Positions 58,576 through 64,000 of a stretch of DNA of 64,000 nucleotides are shown in pieces. Both the position numbers and the translations under genes were made by a program. The first letter of the stretch is position 1. Each line of letters opens with the position of its first letter. The notes under the pieces were generated by a model. The model had not been told where the DNA came from, did not search any database, and saw only the letters and a list, made by a program, of their open reading frames with translations. Source of the DNA: Candidatus Kaiserbacteria bacterium (lineage in GTDB: Bacteria; Patescibacteriota; Minisyncoccia; Phycocordibacterales; Phycocordibacteraceae); NCBI GenBank assembly GCA_027451665.1, contig DAIDIW010000002.1, positions 146,766 through 210,765 on the forward strand, given 5' to 3'.

Positions 58576-60627
58576 TTACGACAAGAGCTTACGCTTCCTC
58601 GATTTCTTGGCCTTGGGGCCGTTGCCTTCGAGCTCATAGAGCTCGTCGCGGATGATGGCTGCGGTCTCGAAGTCGAGACGCTCCACCGCTTCAGCCATCT
58701 CTTCGCGCTTCGCTTTAATGAACGCTTCCGGGTCATCCTTGTAGGCGAGCTTGTCGAGCGCGAGCAAATCGCCCACCGTCTTCTGATGCTCAGAGCGCAT
58801 GCTCTCGGCGATGTCCTTGATCTCCTTCTTGATCGTCTTCGGGGTGATGCCGTGCTCCTTGTTATACGCAAGCTGTATCTCGCGGCGGCGATTCGTCTCC
58901 CCTATCGCTTTCTCCAAGGAGCCCGTCATGACGTCAGCGTAGAGGATGACGCGGCCGAGCACGTTACGCGCGGCACGGCCGATGGTCTGGATGAGCGATG
59001 TCTCGCTGCGAAGGAAGCCCTCTTTGTCTGCGTCGAGGATTCCCACGAGCTCCACCTCCGGAAGGTCGAGTCCTTCGCGCAGGAGGTTCACACCCACAAG
59101 GATGTCGAACTCGCCCTTGCGGAACTTCGTGAGGATATCGATACGGTCGATGGTCTTCACGTCTGAGTGGAGATACTCGGCCTTCATACCGCGCTTCTTG
59201 AGGAAGTCCGAAAGGTCCTCGGCCATTTGCTTCGTAAGCGTGGTCGCGAGCGCACGGCCGCCGTTCTCTATCGTCTTCACCGCCTCCTCGATGAAATTCG
59301 CGACCTGGCCTTTGTAGGCATCCTTCTCGACGACTCCGCGGATGACGAGCTCCGGATCGATAAGACCCGTCGGGCGGATGATCTGCTCGACAACCTGTCC
59401 TTCGGGCCTTTTCGAGTGCTCGAGCTCGTAATTGCCGGGCGTGGCGCTCGTGTAAAGCGACTGGCCCACGCGTGTCTCGAACTCATCGAAGGTAAGCGGA
59501 CGGTTATCGCGCGCGCTCGGCAGACGGAAGCCGTACTCGACGAGATTGTCCTTACGCGAACGGTCACCCGCGAACATGCCGCCGATCTGCGGGATGGTGA
59601 CGTGCGACTCGTCGATGATCGTGAGGAAGTCCTTGTCGCAGCGCTTGAAGTAGTCCAGGAGCGTGTACGGCGCTTCGCCTGGCTTACGGCCGTCGAAATG
59701 ACGCGAGTAGTTCTCGATGCCGTTCGTGTACCCGAGCTCGCGGATGAGGGCGATGTCATGGAGCGTGCGGCGCTTCAGGCGTTCGTGCTCCAAGGGCTTC
59801 TCCTCGCGCTTGAACTTCGCGAGCTGAAGATCGAGCTCTTCCTTGATGTCTTTGAGCGCGCGCTCACGCTCCTCTTCGTTCGTCACGAAGTGCTTCGCCG
59901 GGAATACGAAGATGCTCTCAGGCTCGGCTACTTTGGCGCGGGAGACCGGGTCGAGCTGCTCGATGCTTGCAACGCGGTCGATGTCGAACGAGACGCGGTA
60001 GAGTGCGCGCTCATTCACCGGCATGAACTCAAGCGCGTTCCCGATAGCGCGCAGCTGTCCCGGCTCGAGGTCTGCGGTGGTGCGCTCGAAATAGATGTTA
60101 ATGAGCTTCCGTATGAGCGCAGCGCGATTCTCCTCCTCACCTTTTTGTATCTTCACATGTACCTTCTCGTACTGCTCGGGGCTACCGAGACCATAGATAG
60201 CCGAGACCGAAGCCACGATGATGACGTCTTTGCGCGTGAGCAAGGCCTGCGTCGCCGCGTGGCGCAGACGGTCTATCTCCGCATTGATCATCGCCTCCTT
60301 CTCGATATACGTATCCGAGTGCGCGATGTACGCCTCTGGCTGATAGTAGTCGTAGTACGAGACGAAATAGTGCACCGCATTTTCCGGAAAGAACTCGCGG
60401 TACTCCTGCGCGAGCTGCGCTGCGAGCGTCTTGTTGTGCGCAAGCACGAGTGTCGGCCTATCATGCTCCGCGATGACATTCGCCATCGTGAAGGTCTTGC
60501 CTGAGCCAGTGACGCCGAGAAGCGTCTGGTAGCGCATACCCTTCGATAGAGCCTTCGAGAGGGCCTCTATCGCCTTCGGCTGGTCACCGGCCGGCTCGTA
60601 TGGGTTATGAAGCTTGAAGTTAGCCAT
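58576..60627 (-). CDS. uvrB: Excinuclease UvrB
   Basis: PAGDQP, GVTGSGKT, YFVSYYDYYQPEAY, IDESH, QTIGRAAR, C-terminal UVR domain. Confidence 0.97.
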   Translation of the reverse strand: MANFKLHNPYEPAGDQPKAIEALSKALSKGMRYQTLLGVTGSGKTFTMANVIAEHDRPTLVLAHNKTLAAQLAQEYREFFPENAVHYFVSYYDYYQPEAYIAHSDTYIEKEAMINAEIDRLRHAATQALLTRKDVIIVASVSAIYGLGSPEQYEKVHVKIQKGEEENRAALIRKLINIYFERTTADLEPGQLRAIGNALEFMPVNERALYRVSFDIDRVASIEQLDPVSRAKVAEPESIFVFPAKHFVTNEEERERALKDIKEELDLQLAKFKREEKPLEHERLKRRTLHDIALIRELGYTNGIENYSRHFDGRKPGEAPYTLLDYFKRCDKDFLTIIDESHVTIPQIGGMFAGDRSRKDNLVEYGFRLPSARDNRPLTFDEFETRVGQSLYTSATPGNYELEHSKRPEGQVVEQIIRPTGLIDPELVIRGVVEKDAYKGQVANFIEEAVKTIENGGRALATTLTKQMAEDLSDFLKKRGMKAEYLHSDVKTIDRIDILTKFRKGEFDILVGVNLLREGLDLPEVELVGILDADKEGFLRSETSLIQTIGRAARNVLGRVILYADVMTGSLEKAIGETNRRREIQLAYNKEHGITPKTIKKEIKDIAESMRSEHQKTVGDLLALDKLAYKDDPEAFIKAKREEMAEAVERLDFETAAIIRDELYELEGNGPKAKKSRKRKLLS

Positions 60628-61885
60628 AGTAGCTACTCGTGAAGTCTGCACGGTATTCATCGAAACGTCGATCGAGAATTGCCTGCCGCGCACCCTTCAC
60701 GAGCGAGAGGATGAACTGCAGATTGTGCATCGATGCGATAGTCGCGCCGAGTATCTCACCACTCCGCAGGAGATGCGCCACATATGCCACCGTGAACGCT
60801 CCCATGCCTGCAGAAGTCAGACTTCCGCTGCTGCAGAGGTCTGACTTCTGCATCTCGAGGGCGGAAAGCGGCGTGAGATCGCTGCGGCACTTCTCATTCG
60901 TGAGGTGCAAAAGCCCGCCCGGCGTATATATCGTGCCATGACGTCCGAGCCGCGTGGGCGCCACGCAATCAAACAGGTCGATTCCATTCGCGATCCCCTC
61001 AAGTACATCACCCGGCTCACCGATGCCGAGGAAATGCTTCGGGAGCTCCGCGGGCAGTTCGCCTATAGCTGCTTGGAGCGCGCCGCGCATATCCTCCTTG
61101 CTGAATGAGCCGCCGATTCCTACGCCGTCGAATCCCATTTCTGCGATGGCCCTCGCGCTTTCGGCGCGCAGGTCCGTGTGCCGGCCTCCTTGCACGATAC
61201 CGAAGATCGCCTGCCGCTTAGCGGCATCGATATCCTGCCGATGCGCCTTCAAGGAGCGCTCAGCCCACCGATGCGTGCGCCGCATAGCTTCTAGCTGATA
61301 TTCGCGTGGCTCGTCCGGCGCCGTGCACTCATCGAACGCGAAGAAGATGTCTGCGCCTAAGTCATGCTGGATTTCGATCGAACGTTCGGGCGTGAAGCGG
61401 TGGAGCGAGCCGTCCAGATGCGAGGTGAACGTGACTCCCTCATCATCGATGACGGCAAGCTGCCCGTGCTGCGATGCGACGGACTCATCATAGACCGCCA
61501 TCTGGTCCTCCTTCTCGCTCATCTCTCCCTGCGCCTCATCTGCGAACTTCGAGACCTTCCGATTGAACGCGGCACCGAGTGAGAATACCTGAAATCCTCC
61601 AGAATCTGTAATGGTCGGACCGCCCCACCCCATGAAGTCGGCGATGCCTCCCGCCTCCCGCACGAGCGCTTCGCCCGGCTGCAGGTAAAGATGATAGGTG
61701 TTCGCAAGAACCACTTCCGCCCCGAGTTCCGTAAGCGCTCCTGGCAGTACGCCCTTCACCGTCGCCTTCGTACCCACGGGCGAGAACGCAGGTGTCCGTA
61801 TGTCCCCGTGCGGCGTATGTATGACACCGGCTCGCGCACGCGAGTTCTCTGCGTGCCGCTCGATATCGAAGGAGAGTGCGCTCAT
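60620..61885 (-). CDS. tgt: tRNA-guanine transglycosylase
   Basis: TPAFSPVGT, LANTYHL, TDSGGFQVFSL, AFDEC, GIVQGG, DLFDCVAPTR; the Zn motif is missing. Confidence 0.92.
   Translation of the reverse strand: MSALSFDIERHAENSRARAGVIHTPHGDIRTPAFSPVGTKATVKGVLPGALTELGAEVVLANTYHLYLQPGEALVREAGGIADFMGWGGPTITDSGGFQVFSLGAAFNRKVSKFADEAQGEMSEKEDQMAVYDESVASQHGQLAVIDDEGVTFTSHLDGSLHRFTPERSIEIQHDLGADIFFAFDECTAPDEPREYQLEAMRRTHRWAERSLKAHRQDIDAAKRQAIFGIVQGGRHTDLRAESARAIAEMGFDGVGIGGSFSKEDMRGALQAAIGELPAELPKHFLGIGEPGDVLEGIANGIDLFDCVAPTRLGRHGTIYTPGGLLHLTNEKCRSDLTPLSALEMQKSDLCSSGSLTSAGMGAFTVAYVAHLLRSGEILGATIASMHNLQFILSLVKGARQAILDRRFDEYRADFTSSYYG
60809..60852. repeat. Nested palindromic element inside tgt
   Basis: TGCAGAAGTCAGAC (60809-22) and GTCTGACTTCTGCA (60839-52) form a perfect 14-bp inverted repeat; each arm overlaps a GA(A/G)GTCnGACTTC palindrome. 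Confidence 0.75.
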
Positions 61886-61914
61886 CCGGTTGAGGATAAC
61901 GAGAATGGGTCCAT

Positions 61915-61942
61915 TTGACAATCATCATAATAGGCGTACGTT
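61915..61942 (+). promoter_or_regulatory. Sigma70-type promoter
   Basis: TTGACA-N16-TACGTT upstream of a 5' hairpin (CGGCTCG-TG-CGAGCCG) and an AAGGAG SD. Confidence 0.55.
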
Positions 61943-61992
61943 GATGGCGGGGCAATTCCGGCTCGTGCGAGCCGAAACCAAAGGAGTACCTC

Positions 61993-62694
61993 ATGCAATC
62001 CATGAACTTCCGGGGATTACTCCTCGGGATCGCTGCGCTGCTTGTGCTCGCCGGTTGCGGGACAGTACCGGGACCCTTTAACGGGCTCGGTTCCGATCCC
62101 ATGTCCATGCTCGTGGTATACAAAACAGGTCGTCAGCCGCTCACCTACAGGGAATATCAGGCCGTCCAAGAAATCGCGAAGCAGGACCATCTGATACTCA
62201 CGGGTCAGCTCTCGTCTCCGTTCGAAGCAGCCGTGACCGATGGGCTCGCTGGCGCCGTCGCAGGTGCGGCTGGCGGTGCAACGCAAGGCCTCTTCTATAC
62301 AGGCGGAATGGCCGGTCCTGCTGCCGGCTACACCGCGGCGGTCTACGGACTTGGATACTCCGTCAACGGGCTCCAAAGTTATAGTTACGGAGAAGTGTAC
62401 GACATAGCCGCCATGGTCGAGCAGACGATGCGCGATGACGAGAAGTACGACCACCGCAGAGTCTTCAGACGGCTTCACGTGGTCGCAGGATTCGTCAGGA
62501 GCGAGAACGCTACCAACGATCCGGCGGAAAGCCTGCGCAGGCAAATGCCGGACTTCCGAGGTCCGCGTGCAAACTACATCGACAGGATCAAGGAGCGACC
62601 TCTGATACCCATGGGCGACGGCGAGCTACAGTCGGGGAGGATGAATTCTCCTCCCTTTCACTCGCACATTCCAAATGGCGTCACTGGCCATTAG
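61993..62694 (+). CDS. Putative lipoprotein with a glycine-zipper segment
   Basis: Lipobox LVLAGC; GLAGAVAGAAGGA...GMAGPAAG; SD and terminator present. Confidence 0.65.
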   Translation: MQSMNFRGLLLGIAALLVLAGCGTVPGPFNGLGSDPMSMLVVYKTGRQPLTYREYQAVQEIAKQDHLILTGQLSSPFEAAVTDGLAGAVAGAAGGATQGLFYTGGMAGPAAGYTAAVYGLGYSVNGLQSYSYGEVYDIAAMVEQTMRDDEKYDHRRVFRRLHVVAGFVRSENATNDPAESLRRQMPDFRGPRANYIDRIKERPLIPMGDGELQSGRMNSPPFHSHIPNGVTGH

Positions 62695-62712
62695 GCTCCA
62701 TGCATTCCTTAC

Positions 62713-62744
62713 AAAATGGCTCGAGGCTTGCCTCGGGCCATTTT
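62713..62744. terminator. Bidirectional terminator
   Basis: AAAATGGCTCGAGGC-TT-GCCTCGGGCCATTTT between convergent genes. Confidence 0.7.
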
Positions 62745-62776
62745 CTTATGCCACTCTTTTCCGATAACGCGCGTTC

Positions 62777-63331
62777 TTACGGTTTCGTAACGGAGAGAAG
62801 CTTCACCTGGAAAACGAGCGTCGCGTTTGGCGGAATCACTCCTGAAATGCCTTGCGCGCCATACGCCATGGATGGCGGGATGACGAGCTTACGCACGCCC
62901 CCCACCTTCATTCCGGCCACGCCCTGATCCCATCCCTGGATCACCTGCCCCGCACCGAGCGTGAACGTGAATCCATCTTTGGTCTGCGGATGATTCGCGG
63001 ACGCGTCGAATACGGTACCGTCGGTTAATGCACCGACATACTCGACGGTAACGGAGTCGCCCTTAACGGCGGTCGCCCCGGTACCGATCGTCTCATCGGT
63101 CACCTGAAGCGAAGTGACAGGTTGTGCGGTAAGGTCCATAGAAGTTGAAGAGGTTGCGGATTGATCGCTCGTAGTAGTTGCCATTGTGGTTGTGGTCGCT
63201 GCGGGAGTCGTCGCAGCAGCACCTGCGGCAGGACTCGATCCCCCAAACGGCCAGAGGCCGGGGAAAATGAAGAACACTGCTATTACGACGAGTGCGAGTG
63301 CGACGGCGATTCCAGTCTGTGTCGGTTGCAT
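62777..63331 (-). CDS. FKBP-type peptidyl-prolyl isomerase with an N-terminal TM
   Basis: VEYVG.L.DGTVFD, VIQGWDQG, IPPSMAYG, IPPNATLVF. Confidence 0.92.
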   Translation of the reverse strand: MQPTQTGIAVALALVVIAVFFIFPGLWPFGGSSPAAGAAATTPAATTTTMATTTSDQSATSSTSMDLTAQPVTSLQVTDETIGTGATAVKGDSVTVEYVGALTDGTVFDASANHPQTKDGFTFTLGAGQVIQGWDQGVAGMKVGGVRKLVIPPSMAYGAQGISGVIPPNATLVFQVKLLSVTKP

Positions 63332-63370
63332 ATGCGGATAGTATACCCCTCGAGGCGAGGATGGGTAGTC

Positions 63371-63676
63371 TTACGTCTGGGAATTCTGAAAGGCGCGGAA
63401 ATTCTCGACCTCTTTTTGGACGGCTTCCTTTGCGAGCCGCTCATGATCCGGAACTTCACGATCAAGGAACTCTTGCACGATCTGAGCATCCCCACCCTCG
63501 GCGAGTTTTGCAAATTCATGCCGCTTATCCGGCGTGAGCTTCTCAAGCACCGCAACGGTCGCCGCCTTAAGAGCCACTTCACCGAACTGGGCGATAAGCT
63601 CATCCTGTTCGTGCGAGGAAAGTTCGCTGATCCCGAGATCGACAGCCACCTGCTTCTTCATGTCATCTGGTTGCAT
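63371..63676 (-). CDS. Small helical CPR-type protein (DUF5663-like)
   Basis: DLGISELSSHEQDELIAQFGE...FLDREVPD; TGCTACCAT -10 upstream. Confidence 0.6.
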   Translation of the reverse strand: MQPDDMKKQVAVDLGISELSSHEQDELIAQFGEVALKAATVAVLEKLTPDKRHEFAKLAEGGDAQIVQEFLDREVPDHERLAKEAVQKEVENFRAFQNSQT

Positions 63677-63698
63677 ATAGTAAGAATGGTAGCACGCG

Positions 63699-63998
63699 CT
63701 AGAAAGCATCCGGGAGCTCGCGCTGGAGATCATCTACCGAGGGCGCGTGCGGGATCTTTGCTCCCTCTTGAAGCACCGGCGAGATTTGAGGGCTGATATG
63801 AATTCGAGCACCGGAACCAAATGGCATACCTGTTGTTCCCTGCATGTCGATCCATTCCGCGCGCATAAGCTGATGATGGGTCTTCAGAATACCGCGAATA
63901 GCCTTATCGAAATAGACGACCGCGGTATGGTCCTTCGTCACCCATTCGAACGCAAGCGCTTCGCGCTCTTCGTTCGTACCGCCATAGACGACATCGTG
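63699..63998 (-). CDS. Hypothetical protein (3' part; start lies outside the window)
   Basis: Frame is open to the window edge: HDVVYGGTNEEREALAFEW...LPDAF*. Confidence 0.5.
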   Translation of the reverse strand, partial: HDVVYGGTNEEREALAFEWVTKDHTAVVYFDKAIRGILKTHHQLMRAEWIDMQGTTGMPFGSGARIHISPQISPVLQEGAKIPHAPSVDDLQRELPDAF

Positions 63999-64000
63999 CC

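Overview
Chromosomal segment of a high-GC Patescibacteria/CPR bacterium (Parcubacteria-like by gene content; standard genetic code with TGA stops). Almost all genes lie on the minus strand. It is mostly housekeeping: mraY, dacA, scpAB, pepA, five aminoacyl-tRNA synthetases (Asp, Trp, Tyr, Ala, Leu), grpE-dnaK-dnaJ, infA-rpmJ-rpsMKD-rpoA-rplQ-rplM-rpsI, an F-ATPase operon, uvrABC, ddl, tgt, mnmA, mltG, ung, ychF and seven tRNAs. The more unusual features are: (1) a decayed element integrated at tRNA-Tyr, carrying a small ORF, a truncated ADP-ribosyltransferase-like ORF and an integrase tail; (2) a nested palindrome inserted in frame where the Zn-binding loop of TGT should be; (3) -10 boxes 6-8 nt upstream of start codons that lack a Shine-Dalgarno site (leaderless-type genes), with SD sites mainly on accessory genes; (4) an FtsA/PilM-like gene paired with a baseplate-J-like membrane protein gene; (5) a NUDIX domain inserted in LeuRS; (6) an ATP-cone nuclease; (7) an orphan speD; (8) several unannotated small ORFs. 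No CRISPR array, rRNA or intact IS element was seen. Family assignments come from recognising motifs by eye, not from database searches.
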